Positions 9,501 to 20,100 of a DNA stretch of 64,000 nucleotides are shown one piece after another; the first letter of the stretch is position 1, and each line of letters begins with the position of its first letter. This DNA comes from a virus. Where the stretch lies: the IMG/VR virus record IMGVR_UViG_3300046369_001149, positions 4,800-68,799 of that record; one strand, 5' to 3'. The notes beneath the pieces are model-generated. The model saw only the letters and a program-made list of their open reading frames with translations, ran no database searches and was not told the DNA's origin. The position numbers were made by a program, and so were the translations under genes.

Positions 9501-10077
9501 CGGAACAAATAAAAAGTTTGTTTCTTGGGAAACATATACAGAAAATAACTTACATTATTTTTCTAAAAAGAAAGAGTTTGCAACGTGGTTTGCAGAGTAT
9601 TCAAGTTTTAGAGGTGATGATGCGTTTATTAAAGGAGAGGGCATTAAAAAGGATAACTTTACAGATGGAACTTATGTTTATTCTTGTTTTTTAGATATTA
9701 AAAACCCTATTGATTTTGCCCCATTTGGTGTAGAAGCAGTACCTTTTAATAAATTGTTAGAATACGTTACTGTTAAATATGATATAGATTTAAGCAAAAT
9801 TAAGGGCTATGAAAACTATAAAAATTTAACTACGAAAGTTTATACTTGGCGACTTATAAGACAATGGCAAAATTTTAATTTATACATAAGAAATAATACT
9901 CCTTTTGATGGGTTTAGTTTTTATGAATATATACCCGATTCGCAAAAAAGAGGGTTTGAAGATGCTTCATTATGTTTTACTGCATTTAACTCAAATCAAA
10001 TCAAATTCACAACTAACAATTCATTTACAAAACAATCTGCGGATAGTAGATTAGAAGTGGGTGGTCTAATTTTTTAA
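6556..10077 (+). CDS. large polyvalent protein: DUF5824-like N-terminus, zeta-toxin-like P-loop kinase, GG-delimited modules, ART-PolyVal-like C-terminus
   Basis: GGSPASGKST / RIDADEVR / DGT / RALER...GRFVP (zeta); FIDWFGDW...EPLVVYHGT...YF...NPID...AFNSNQIK (ART-PolyVal); about 11 xxxGG motifs. Confidence 0.8.
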   Translation: MATWKEKYNKKYGYEKSKSNSLSDIAKDTGISKRGLQQIYNKGIGAYKTNPQSVRPNVTSKEQWAMARVYSAVMGGKASKVDAKELKMQMGGKTEKINWSEYYKQGGLTESIMSDEMQQRLFDENGERKNDLESIEVLTDYVNSLPQTKSIYYNESTQKYSPKRQKLHREIINEFKDDLICVESDEPIAILMGGSPASGKSTFLRKYAPYLLSEELLRIDADEVRSKLPEYEGWNASQTHLETKDIVNTLLSDRTIGLPCEFDLIYDGTMNNTKSYLPLIDLLRKLNYKIFVVYIDNVPKDVIVKRALERYKKSGRFVPLEVIDDFFDKGKSALNEIKEKVDGYMIVDGGSNDYRIIEEKGIKLPQNRVYSQLGYSIDEEQFNRNDFYKGYYERLSPSNFEVKQKGGKIQIDLPRMATSHDGIDEVDAIASGVFEKGGETDFNPDGKIKDKIVHASGQAGGMLVGKRHSKGGIKAINKSTGQPLEMEGGEVVITRDAVSDNKKRSFNGKMMTNRQILSAINESGGGVSFADGGQVPNDVQFDCNAEYEYGGKTMCGKDLAYALGGVTNYSKDGNDVIDVFLEKSPNEKYFGDFDDLLVNGKVISKNKFNPYIKDNMVILDSDYDWLAIKKNNTVEIGFGYGSSGLIDDIQYLIQEKAIQNGLDVKVDVLKRLASNNKYYIKNGLIALNPNYALGGVTTAIVTDPNEAMADLQSTYGFGDVYDKGGEVNEAYVDFMNKDKGFKVERKYFKTYRDAEKWARNEFDRFNPDMIGYTEYERPLSSYANGGTTDDEIFDNAREELGEEYLENLDKFAEGGQLSPDEFPAKLDVEETKKQIKEPKIYEETFEMKFLKDKIQNMRKIYNLKKANLSELEKGIELRKIRRFEIKLDELKLEQKSFDDILDSIIDSSLVEFGNMDIERKLTKSKSINGKTSELTKREQEAVKTQSFIDWFGDWQLAYENNNYEGVSKIINPTTKEPLVVYHGTNKKFVSWETYTENNLHYFSKKKEFATWFAEYSSFRGDDAFIKGEGIKKDNFTDGTYVYSCFLDIKNPIDFAPFGVEAVPFNKLLEYVTVKYDIDLSKIKGYENYKNLTTKVYTWRLIRQWQNFNLYIRNNTPFDGFSFYEYIPDSQKRGFEDASLCFTAFNSNQIKFTTNNSFTKQSADSRLEVGGLIF

Positions 10078-10078
10078 A

Positions 10079-11068
10079 ATGGGAATAATAATAAGTAATC
10101 TTGAAACATTAACGGGTCAAACTAATTTAAGTTCAGGTGTCAATAATATCAATGATGCAGAACTTTTGGTTATGACATTACCACAAACAACTAAAGAATC
10201 TCTTTTAAGAAATTCAGGATTGGATGTAGGTACATCAGATTCGCAATTAACAAATTTAATATATCAACAAGAGGTAGAAGGTGTAGTAGAACCTACTGTT
10301 GAAATTGAGCCAATAGATGTTGAAGGCATTAAGCCATTTGAAGATGATAGAGAAGGGCAAGGAGTTGGTCAAAGTCAAATTGATGATGATTTAGAGCAAC
10401 TTTTAAACAACCCTGATTTTAAAGGGGATGGCGATGGTGAAGATAGCGATGACGATGGTCAAGGTGGAAGCGGAAGCGGTGATGATTCAGATGATGATAA
10501 TGATGATGATGGTCAAGGTGGAAACGGAAGCGGAAGCGGTGATGATTCAGATGATGGTGAAGATGAAAGCGGTAATGGTGGAAGTCCACCACCATTTGAC
10601 CCTTCAAAATTTGAAGAACAAAGCGAAGAAGAAAAATTACAAGAAAAAATTGAAAACGAATTACTACAATTTGGCTATCAACCACCTTATTTTTACTTGA
10701 CACAAGAAGTTTTAAGTGCGGGTAGCAAAGGTGTAAAAGAGGAACTTGAATATGTAACTATATATAAAAGTTTTGAAAAAACAGATGGTGTAACATTCTT
10801 TGAAATTTCCATAAAACCAAAAAATGATGCGTTTGAAAGTCTTAAACTATCTGCTACATTTAAAACTGATGTTATAGTAATTACTTGTGCTTATGAAGAT
10901 AAAAACAAAGATGGAAAAACGCTTTATAGTAAATATATTGAATCACAAAAAGCTACGCTTTCAAATTTATTCAACAAAGCATATTCAGAAGCAGTAAATG
11001 AGTTCAACCAACAACTTATAAAAGAAGCAGAAAAAAATCAACAATTCATTGAAAATATAAATAATTAA
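10079..11068 (+). CDS. acidic protein with G/D/S low-complexity linker
   Basis: DDDGQGGSGSGDDSDDD repeats, with a DNA-level duplication at about 10454-10556. Confidence 0.6.
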   Translation: MGIIISNLETLTGQTNLSSGVNNINDAELLVMTLPQTTKESLLRNSGLDVGTSDSQLTNLIYQQEVEGVVEPTVEIEPIDVEGIKPFEDDREGQGVGQSQIDDDLEQLLNNPDFKGDGDGEDSDDDGQGGSGSGDDSDDDNDDDGQGGNGSGSGDDSDDGEDESGNGGSPPPFDPSKFEEQSEEEKLQEKIENELLQFGYQPPYFYLTQEVLSAGSKGVKEELEYVTIYKSFEKTDGVTFFEISIKPKNDAFESLKLSATFKTDVIVITCAYEDKNKDGKTLYSKYIESQKATLSNLFNKAYSEAVNEFNQQLIKEAEKNQQFIENINN

Positions 11069-11070
11069 TT

Positions 11071-12474
11071 ATGGCTTTAACTAAACAAGAATTAGAACAG
11101 AAAATACAAAATGAAACAGACCAAGTTTTGTTAGATGCTTATCAAGAAGAACTTGATAGGTTAATTGCTTTAGAAAACGCTGATGATGATTTATCGGAAG
11201 ATGATGTAACTCAACTTGTAAATAAATTGAGTTCGCAACTTGATAAAGCAGTACAATCTGTAAATATACAAGATAATAAAGTTCGTGATATTGTTTCGGA
11301 TGAAATTAAAACAACAAAATTTGGAATCAATAATCTTAAAAAAGATGTAGTTGAGTTAATAGGAAGAAGCCAAACTGTTACTCTTGTAAATTTTCAAAAT
11401 ATAAAAGCCAAAACCGAAGGTGGTAAAGTAAGAAGAATTTTTGAAGTTATGCTTTCTGATGCAGAAGCGGGTAATAACGTATATCTATATGGTGGTGCGG
11501 GAACGGGAAAAACTTACATATCGGGTCAGATTGCAGATGCCTTAAATTACAAGCTAATAACCCTGAACTGTAACCAATTCACGGGAGAACTTCAAATTGT
11601 TGGTGGTCAAACCATTGAGGGCTATCAAGAGGGAAGATTAACACAAGCATTTGGAAATTTAGACGAAGAAGGTCAAAAAGGTCTTGGTATAAATCCTGAT
11701 AATGGAAAACCTTATAGCGGTGCATTACTTTTATTAGACGAATTACCAAAACTTGACCCAAACTCTGCGGGTGTTTTAAATGATGGGTTGTCTAAAATAA
11801 AAGACCCCTTAAAATTAAAAATGATTGATGGTCAGCCAAAATTAGTACCACCATATATAATGAATGGAAGGGGTGAAAGAGTTGATAAAGGAAATATTTT
11901 TGTTATTGCAACGGGTAACTCAAAACTTAATGAAGCAGATGCAGATTATGAAGCGAATTTTAAGCAAGATTTATCACTTCAAGATAGATTTGTGGGTAGC
12001 ACATATCAACTATTAATTGACCCCGAATACGAACTTACTCAAATTATGAGTGGAATTATGGTTGAAATGCAAGGTAAAAAAATGATTTGCAATTTTGCCT
12101 TTCTATTTAATTTTCTTTTCAAATTAAGAACTGCAATAGAAAGTAGAGATAGGTATTCATCAAGAGCATTTGTATCAACAAGGGCTATGGTTTCATTGCG
12201 TGATACTTATATTGCTTATAGAATTAACCTTGCACAAAAGAACCCAATACCAAACGCTAAAACATTACAAGAGGGTATTGAATCATTTTTAGATTTATTT
12301 ACTCGTTCACAAAAATCGGAATTGGAAAAAGATGTTAATGTAGATGAGTTTTTCAAACTTATAAACACTAAAAACAAATTACCATTGGATAAACTTGATA
12401 GTGATTTAGACATTACGGAAGCAGATGCTTTAATAAAAGCAGATAAAACTAAATATGAAGGAGTAATTAGATAA
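11071..12474 (+). CDS. MoxR/CobS-like AAA+ ATPase
   Basis: Walker A GGAGTGKT, Walker B LLLLDE, IATGN sensor, QDLSLQDRF arginine finger, STR sensor II. Confidence 0.85.
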   Translation: MALTKQELEQKIQNETDQVLLDAYQEELDRLIALENADDDLSEDDVTQLVNKLSSQLDKAVQSVNIQDNKVRDIVSDEIKTTKFGINNLKKDVVELIGRSQTVTLVNFQNIKAKTEGGKVRRIFEVMLSDAEAGNNVYLYGGAGTGKTYISGQIADALNYKLITLNCNQFTGELQIVGGQTIEGYQEGRLTQAFGNLDEEGQKGLGINPDNGKPYSGALLLLDELPKLDPNSAGVLNDGLSKIKDPLKLKMIDGQPKLVPPYIMNGRGERVDKGNIFVIATGNSKLNEADADYEANFKQDLSLQDRFVGSTYQLLIDPEYELTQIMSGIMVEMQGKKMICNFAFLFNFLFKLRTAIESRDRYSSRAFVSTRAMVSLRDTYIAYRINLAQKNPIPNAKTLQEGIESFLDLFTRSQKSELEKDVNVDEFFKLINTKNKLPLDKLDSDLDITEADALIKADKTKYEGVIR

Positions 12475-14216
12475 TGGCAAGATATTCAAAAATATCGAAT
12501 TTAAATTTGTCTTTGATAGGTTTTAGCGAAAACGCAAGAACCTTTATTGAAAAAGGTACTGAAACCTCAACTCAACAAAACAAACTATACAGAACCGAAA
12601 CTCGACTTACAGAAGGTGGTGGTGGTAGTAGTGATTTAGGAGTTAATTTTTGGGGTTATAGTTCTGATTCAAGTGAATCAGTTAGTGAGCAATTTGAATT
12701 AGATAATGTTTTTGGTCAGTTTTTTTATCCACCATTATTATCATTAGTTGATGATTTAATTTATGAAGCCGAATCCTCAATAGATTTAGGTGGTGATTTA
12801 CAAAAAGCACGAATAAAATATTCCTCAATACCAAAAGGAATGTTTGATTTTAGTAAAGCATCAAAGGGTTTAATAAGACCCGTAGAATATTATTGCATTG
12901 AATTAGATAAAATAGTAAAAGCCGATGATGTTTATAATGAAAAGGTAGGGGGGATTAAAACATTTTTTATAAAAAATGGAAAAGATGTTTTGGTGTGTGA
13001 GCCAAGACAAGAAGGAACAACAGAGATGTTAAAGACGTTTCCTAACAAGTTGAAGAAATCATATTTAGGAAAATTGAATTTGTATGTACCCGAAAATATT
13101 TTAGGAGAAAAAGTTACTAAAATGGGAAGTAAACGACTTCGATTCACCTCAACCGAAAAAAAGGTATATGCTTACAGAGAAAGAATGGGTGGTGGAGTTG
13201 CACCATTTGTTGATTTGTATATAAACAATAGTGGTTATCACGGAACGACAAGTTCGGGTAGATTTTTAAAAGCATTACCATCTTTAATGATAGCAAAATT
13301 ATTAGAACAAGCGGGTGTAAGAACAAGAATTTGGTCAGGCGAATGGAGTACATATTATAATTCAAAAAGAAATGCTTATGTGCAAAATTCTTTAATTAAA
13401 GAATATGGCGAACCTCTTGATTTAAACAAAATTGGAGTAATCGTTGCTGATAGTAGATATTTTAGAGGTTTGGGTTCTAATGCCAAGTTTGGTTATTTTT
13501 ATGATTTGCAAAACTTTTGGAAGCAAAAAGATAATTCTTTGCCGACACTAACCGATTTAAATTGGGGTTCTTCTTCTCCAATGAGTGAAGAAGAAGCAAG
13601 AAATTTTATGAAATATGTAAGAAACGCATATTATGAATATGATAAATTAGGATTGGTAAAGCCAACACAAGCAAGTAAAAACTTAATGCTTTATTTGACT
13701 TCTCCTTTTCAGGGTAGTGAAGTTTGGTATGATTTTAAAGATAAAGATGGTAAAACGTATGAACCAAGTGAAATCAACAGTAGAATTTCAGGTGGTGCGA
13801 TTTCATATTTCACAAATGATGGAACAGTTGTATTTCAATCCTTTAAAGATTGGGCTAAAGACAGAGTTGTAGAATCTTTTAACAGAAATTTAGATTATAT
13901 TTCTTTAATGCTTTCAAAAAACCCTAAAGGTGTTATTTCAAGAGTAAGAAATAGAGAATTAGAATCTAATCTTGAAAAAGGCGAAAGTTCTGATGAAGCC
14001 ACAGAAAATGCTGATAAATATTTGTCAGAAACACTAATTGGAGATGTTTTTAAAAATTTAGACTACACTAACAACGATGAGAAAAATCCAAACATACTTC
14101 AAAAAACATATATGTCAAGTCAATCAGAAGTTCAAGATGGAGAAGAATTAAGACGAAATTTGATTTTAATGATAAACGAACAAATTAAAACACCTCGTTA
14201 TAAATCAACACAATAA
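12474..14216 (+). CDS. putative VWA-like partner of the AAA ATPase
   Basis: Coupled to the AAA gene; VDLYINNSG...AKLLEQAGVRTRI...IKEYGEPLDL...YFR resembles degenerate VWA partners; no intact MIDAS. Confidence 0.45.
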   Translation: MARYSKISNLNLSLIGFSENARTFIEKGTETSTQQNKLYRTETRLTEGGGGSSDLGVNFWGYSSDSSESVSEQFELDNVFGQFFYPPLLSLVDDLIYEAESSIDLGGDLQKARIKYSSIPKGMFDFSKASKGLIRPVEYYCIELDKIVKADDVYNEKVGGIKTFFIKNGKDVLVCEPRQEGTTEMLKTFPNKLKKSYLGKLNLYVPENILGEKVTKMGSKRLRFTSTEKKVYAYRERMGGGVAPFVDLYINNSGYHGTTSSGRFLKALPSLMIAKLLEQAGVRTRIWSGEWSTYYNSKRNAYVQNSLIKEYGEPLDLNKIGVIVADSRYFRGLGSNAKFGYFYDLQNFWKQKDNSLPTLTDLNWGSSSPMSEEEARNFMKYVRNAYYEYDKLGLVKPTQASKNLMLYLTSPFQGSEVWYDFKDKDGKTYEPSEINSRISGGAISYFTNDGTVVFQSFKDWAKDRVVESFNRNLDYISLMLSKNPKGVISRVRNRELESNLEKGESSDEATENADKYLSETLIGDVFKNLDYTNNDEKNPNILQKTYMSSQSEVQDGEELRRNLILMINEQIKTPRYKSTQ

Positions 14217-14218
14217 TT

Positions 14219-17110
14219 ATGGCAAAAGAAAAAATAATTTTATTAGAAGGCGATAACTTAATTTATACTTTAGGTGCTATTTCTGATTCTTCAAATGACG
14301 TAATGACAATCGAATTTCCTCTTTATAAGTCAGGTGGTTCTTCTTCTTTCAAACAAAAAGACCTTGTTGCACAAATGTTTGATAAGGGATATTTTAATTT
14401 ACTCACAAGATTTGAGATAAGAAGCGTTAGAGATTTAAAAAAACTAACTCAACCCGCACAACCATATAAATTAAAAATAGGAAGTTCGGTGAGGTATGAA
14501 AACAATTCTTATGAAGTTATTGGATTATTTTATAACACATTTGCACAACAAAATATAGTAAGTCCTATTTTGTTTAATCCTACTGATTTAATAAATGATG
14601 TAAAATCTTTATTATTTGGGTTAAAAGAAAATGACGAAATAAATCAAATAATTAATGACAATTTAAATGAAGGTAAGTATTCAAACAATGTTGTTTTTCC
14701 TTTTTTAGCAAGTGTTACAAATTATAAAAATTATTTAAGCAATGTTGTTGAACCACCATTTACTACTCTTGACAGTATTAAAGTAGAACAAGAAAAAACA
14801 AGTTCAGGTGGAGATGAAATAATACCCTTTGAATTTCCAAAATTTGAAATAGATTTTGAAAAATCAATAAGAGATTCAAAGCGTGTTTATAATAATGTTA
14901 AAGAGTTGGATAAACTATATACGGAGAATGATTTTGAAGATTTAAATGCAAATTCTTTTTATGAAGTATTTGCAAAAAGCAAACAATTTCAGAATGTGGG
15001 GGTAATAAAAATAAATACTAATTATATTATTAAAAAAGACACAAAATTTAATTTACCTTATAATTACACAAAGCCTTTAGATAAAATGGATGAAGCCAAA
15101 GATTTATTGTTTGATACCCCGCAAGGAAAAATACCACCATTAGTCAAAATAGTTTCTTCTCAAATAAAACAAACTATTGGTTCAAACAATTTAGACAACA
15201 TAAATGAGATGTTGCTTTTCGGTGTGCTTAATAATGGAAATGATGAGGGTTCTATGGGTGAAGCCGAGTCCTTTTATAACATTTTATTTCAAAATGAAAC
15301 GACCTATATTGGTTTTGAAGAAGAAATTAAGGGTGGAGATTTTTACAGTAAAATACCATCTTTTGCCAATTCATTTGTTGAAAGATATTCTAAAATTTTA
15401 ACGCTTCAAGAGGATTCTTATTACGGAGATTTTTTTAATTCAAGTGGTTCTCCTTCAATGAACAGTAAAAACAATAATAAGATTCTTCCTTTTGGTAGTC
15501 TTGTCAAATTATCGGGAATTTGGTGGTACGTTGTTAAGTATTTTGCAACAGATATAAATAATATTGAAAACCTTAATAAATGTTTTTGTATTAAAGCAAC
15601 AACAAGGGATAAAGTTTTAGATTTTAATTTAAATTTTTATTCTAATACTGATAAAAAAAATAGAATAAGAGTTTATGATACAGAAAAAATATACAAAGCA
15701 TCAATTAAAAACTCGCATATTTTTAAGTTCCCGCCAAACTTTTTCAGTTCTCCGCAAAAAGGTTTAGAAATTGGAAACAAATCAGAAACAAAAAGCGGTA
15801 TAGTAACTGAATTGTTTTATGAAAAAAGAAAAGAGCAAGTGGATTTACTTAAAGATAATTTTCCTGAATTATCCGATAGTTTTTTTGGTATTTTAACTGT
15901 TTTAGATAAAAAACTTCGTAAGCCAAAAGATGAAATAACATCTATAAATACTGAAAATTCTATTTATTGTCTAATGACACAATCTTTTGTAGAAACATAT
16001 AACGATGATAGTTATGATGAAGAATTTAGAAAAAAAATAAATGAAATTTTAGAACCTGAATTTACGAGAAAAAATATGAGTTTGTATAATCCACAAGACA
16101 AAATATCTAAAAAATTAATTGATGTTGCTCTTGGAAGTTCGGTTATAAGTTTATATAATAATGATTCGTATAGTGGCTTTTATTTTTCAATTAATACTTT
16201 AGAAGATTACCAAAAATTATATGTTACTCGAACCTTTTTTAACTTTATTCAAGGTGTGGCAATACAAAATATTACAATTCAACATCAAAAAACGGAAGGT
16301 TTTGGTGAGAGGAGTAAAGTAAAATCAAACCCATTAAATACATTAAGTGCCTTTTCAAAAAATTACTTTTTATCCTCTTTACAAAATGTAGGATTTGAAT
16401 TTAATTATGATGGCTTTTTAGAAATTTATAATACGAAATCAACTGACTTAAACACCTCTTTTTTAAATAATATAAAAGAAAAAATAAATTATTTAAAATT
16501 TTCTAATTATTTATTTGTTTATCAAGTTTTAAGAAATCTGACACAACATATTCAAGAAGTAGCTTTATTGCACTTAACCAATAATTTTGAACAAAAGATA
16601 AAAGAACATCCTCTTGTTAAGATGTATAAAAATTTTGATTTGAATACAGAAATAGGATTTTTTGAAGATTATCACGTTAGAACTAATTTTCCATATACTG
16701 TAAAGGCAAGAATACTTCGATTTGAAGAAGAAAAGAACAACAAAATCTATGATGCTTTTGCAGAATCTAAAAGTAAATTAACACGGGAAATGATACGTTT
16801 TATTTTCACAAGTAGATGGAACGATAATTTAGATTTTGATTCAAGTGATGAAAATGAAAGAAAAGAAATAATTGGTATTTTCTTGTCTTTTATAAAAGTG
16901 TTAGATACAGTATATAATTTTGAACTTGATTTAACCAATAAAATAAAAGCTAAAAATAATAAGTTTTTAGAGGAATTTCCAATAGAACCAACTGATGAGG
17001 ATTTAAGCGAAGATGAATTTGATGATTCTGATATTTTTTCAGAAGCATTAGAAGATTTGGGCGATGAGTTTTTAGAAGAAATTGAAAGTGTAGATATAAC
17101 AGATTTTTAA
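14219..17110 (+). CDS. large hypothetical protein
   Basis: 963-aa ORF with acidic C-terminus; no recognised domain. Confidence 0.6.
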   Translation: MAKEKIILLEGDNLIYTLGAISDSSNDVMTIEFPLYKSGGSSSFKQKDLVAQMFDKGYFNLLTRFEIRSVRDLKKLTQPAQPYKLKIGSSVRYENNSYEVIGLFYNTFAQQNIVSPILFNPTDLINDVKSLLFGLKENDEINQIINDNLNEGKYSNNVVFPFLASVTNYKNYLSNVVEPPFTTLDSIKVEQEKTSSGGDEIIPFEFPKFEIDFEKSIRDSKRVYNNVKELDKLYTENDFEDLNANSFYEVFAKSKQFQNVGVIKINTNYIIKKDTKFNLPYNYTKPLDKMDEAKDLLFDTPQGKIPPLVKIVSSQIKQTIGSNNLDNINEMLLFGVLNNGNDEGSMGEAESFYNILFQNETTYIGFEEEIKGGDFYSKIPSFANSFVERYSKILTLQEDSYYGDFFNSSGSPSMNSKNNNKILPFGSLVKLSGIWWYVVKYFATDINNIENLNKCFCIKATTRDKVLDFNLNFYSNTDKKNRIRVYDTEKIYKASIKNSHIFKFPPNFFSSPQKGLEIGNKSETKSGIVTELFYEKRKEQVDLLKDNFPELSDSFFGILTVLDKKLRKPKDEITSINTENSIYCLMTQSFVETYNDDSYDEEFRKKINEILEPEFTRKNMSLYNPQDKISKKLIDVALGSSVISLYNNDSYSGFYFSINTLEDYQKLYVTRTFFNFIQGVAIQNITIQHQKTEGFGERSKVKSNPLNTLSAFSKNYFLSSLQNVGFEFNYDGFLEIYNTKSTDLNTSFLNNIKEKINYLKFSNYLFVYQVLRNLTQHIQEVALLHLTNNFEQKIKEHPLVKMYKNFDLNTEIGFFEDYHVRTNFPYTVKARILRFEEEKNNKIYDAFAESKSKLTREMIRFIFTSRWNDNLDFDSSDENERKEIIGIFLSFIKVLDTVYNFELDLTNKIKAKNNKFLEEFPIEPTDEDLSEDEFDDSDIFSEALEDLGDEFLEEIESVDITDF

Positions 17111-17121
17111 AATAGAGAAAT

Positions 17122-20100
17122 ATGACAACTAAAGAAATATACGAAAGTATTGACCAAAGTAAAATTAGTCCAAAAGGAAAGGACTTTTTGCAAAAAGCAG
17201 AAAAAAGCACAAAGGGTTTCACAATAGAAAATGAAAAACTTGAAACTGTGATGCGTAAAATCTATAAGGATTTAAAAGAACGTAAGCCCGAAGCATTAAA
17301 AAATGTAAAGGTTAAAACTGTTGAGGTAACAGAAAAAGTACCCACAACTAAAACTGAACGCAAAAAAGACCCTAAAAAAACAACTAAAACTGTTAAAAAA
17401 GAGGTCAAAAAGGCAAGTGGTACAAAGAAAAACCCAAAGCCAACAAAAACACCTTCAACACCCAAAGAAGGCAAAAAAGAGCATATTTCTACAAGAGCAA
17501 GTAAACTTGCAAAAAAAGAGGGAATTACTTTCAAAGAAGCAAGAGCAAAGATTTCAAAACTTGTAAAAGAAGAATCTAAAAAAGCTGAAAAGCAAACTGA
17601 AAAAGAACTTGATAAGCTATTAGCTTTTGTAAGAAAAGAATCTTTTGAAGGAGAAGAAAAGTACCCAAAAACTTATGGTAAACAAAAACCTGATGATGCT
17701 AATTTAAGTCAAGATGCTAAAAGGAGAGCAAAGCCCGTAGGAAAACGAGTTTCAAAAAATGGTAAAACATATTATGAATATCGTGATAATCGTAGTGATA
17801 GAAACTCACTTCCCGCACCTAAAGGACAATATAAATATAAAGGTAAAACACCCCCATTTTTACAAGCGGGTGGAACACTACCTACTCCATTTGGTCAAGC
17901 GGGTCTTGTTGGCGAAACGGGTGCTATGAATGAGATAGATTTGTTTGCAATGGGTGGGGATTTACCACAAGGAGTGCATCAATATTATGCTCAAACATAT
18001 AATCCAGCATACCCAACACCACACGGGTACGCTAAAGGTGGTAAGTTAGATTTAGATGAATATTACTCTAAAATGATTGATAAATTAGGTAAAGAGGGTG
18101 CATTTGAAAGAGTGCTTAAAGATAGCCAATTTGGAAAATATAAAGGGCAAACCGATTATCAACATAACAGATTAAATAAGAGTGCTATAATAAATGATGG
18201 AAAGGTATTTCTTTACGACAATAAACCAAAAGGAGATGGTTCATTAAAGTATTCAAATAAAAAAACTTTTACCTCTCCAAAAGATTTAGCAGAGTATCTC
18301 GATGAAAATGAAATTTTTGCTAAAGGTGGGGAGATTGATGCCTTTATTATGAGTTATGTAAAAGGTGTTCCCGAAGAAAACACTAATTTAAAAGTTGATA
18401 CTCAATCATTTACCGCAAAACTTAAAAAAGGTGGAAAATTAGGTTTCGATGGATTAGCCAAAAAGGTTGCAAAACGATATGAAGGAAAGCCCGTAAAAAA
18501 ACAATTTCAAAATGAGTATGGAAAGACTTACTCAAAAGCGGAAGCTATGGAAGTGGGTAGAAAAGTTGCGGGAAAAGTATATCGCCAACAACAATCAATG
18601 GAAAAAGGTGGAGAACTTTCAATGGAAAGTTATTGGGATATGATGATTAAAACTAATCTTGACAGAATTAAAAGAATAGACAAAATTAGAAATCAGCCAA
18701 TTAAAAAATTAAAAGAAGATAAGTTTAATAAAAACAAATCAACAAAAGAAATAGTAGATAATTTAAACGAACTCAAAAAGTTAAGAGCAGTTTATAAAGC
18801 AGATAATAATAAGTTAATTTCAAATTTTGGTGGAGTAAAAAAATATTCAGAATATTTAAGAAAGGAAAAAAACGAAAACACTTTACCATTTGCTAAAGGT
18901 GGGGAGATTGATGGAAGATATAAAGTTTTGCTTGAAAAAAGGGATAATAGCGGTAAATTATATCAACCAAATTTATATTGGAAAGGAAATAATAAAAACT
19001 TAATTTCTGAAAAAGTCAAAGAAGCAAAAAAAGATTTTCCCGAAAGAAAAGTATTTGTTACAGATGAAGTTGGCGATAGAGAAATTTATAACTATGCTAA
19101 AGGTGGGGAAGTTATTGAGTATTCTAAAGTTTATGAAATTCTTAAAGACAAAATAGACGAGGCGGTTGAGGATATTTATTCAACCTATGAACAAGCAGAA
19201 ACTAGTAAAGGAGAGGAAGTAGAAAGCAAAAGCCGAGATGGTTTTATTCCTTTTACTAATGGTGGATATAGTTCAAGATGGTTTGAATATAGCAATATGT
19301 TAGAAGGTTCGGGTATAGGATTACCAACAAAATCTTTGGATGATAAAATAGAAGAATTTAGAGAAAGAAATAGAGAATACGGATTTGAACGCTTTGAAGA
19401 AGAATATCCCGAAATTGTTAAAGAATTAGGTGGAATAGAAAATGTAAACTATTCGGAATTAGAAGATGCGGGTTATTCAAATGAAGCTGATGATTTGGAT
19501 ATGTTTATCCAAGATGATGATGATTCTGTTATGATGGAAGTTGAAGCATTTTATTATACTCCAAATAATGATAGAGGGAAAAACGGAAAACACACAATTC
19601 AATTAAGTGGTGTCGTTAATCTTGAAGCACCTTATCACAGAAGCGGAAATTTAGAAGATTACATTGTAGAACGATTTACGTTTGATTCATATAAAGAACT
19701 TGAAGATAAGTTAGACAAAGGGTTAGCTAAAGTCGTAAGTTGGTTTGAGGGAGATATGTATGACAAAAACCCAAGAGAATTAAAAATACGAAAAATGGAA
19801 GCGGGTGGAACACTACCTACTCCATTTGGTCAAGCGGGTCTTGTAGGAGAAACGGGTACTATGAATGAGATGGATTTGTTTGCAATGGGTGGGGATTTAC
19901 CACAAGGAGTGCATCAATATTATGCAAACACTTATAATCCCGCATATCCAACACCACACGGGTACGCTAAAGGTGGATATATAGAAAATGAAAAAATTAT
20001 CCCTTTGAATGAGGTCAGAAAAAATCCTAAATTAAAAAGAGAATTTTTAAAAGGTTATTATTTAGCAGTTTTTGAAAAAGGTAAAGAAACTGCAATAGGT

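Noticed and set aside
10419-10703. His-rich and Met-rich alternative-frame ORFs
   Set aside because: Shadows of the GAT-rich low-complexity repeat in 10079-11068
17864-19976. DGR template/variable repeat pair
   Set aside because: Differences are not adenine-specific and no reverse transcriptase is seen
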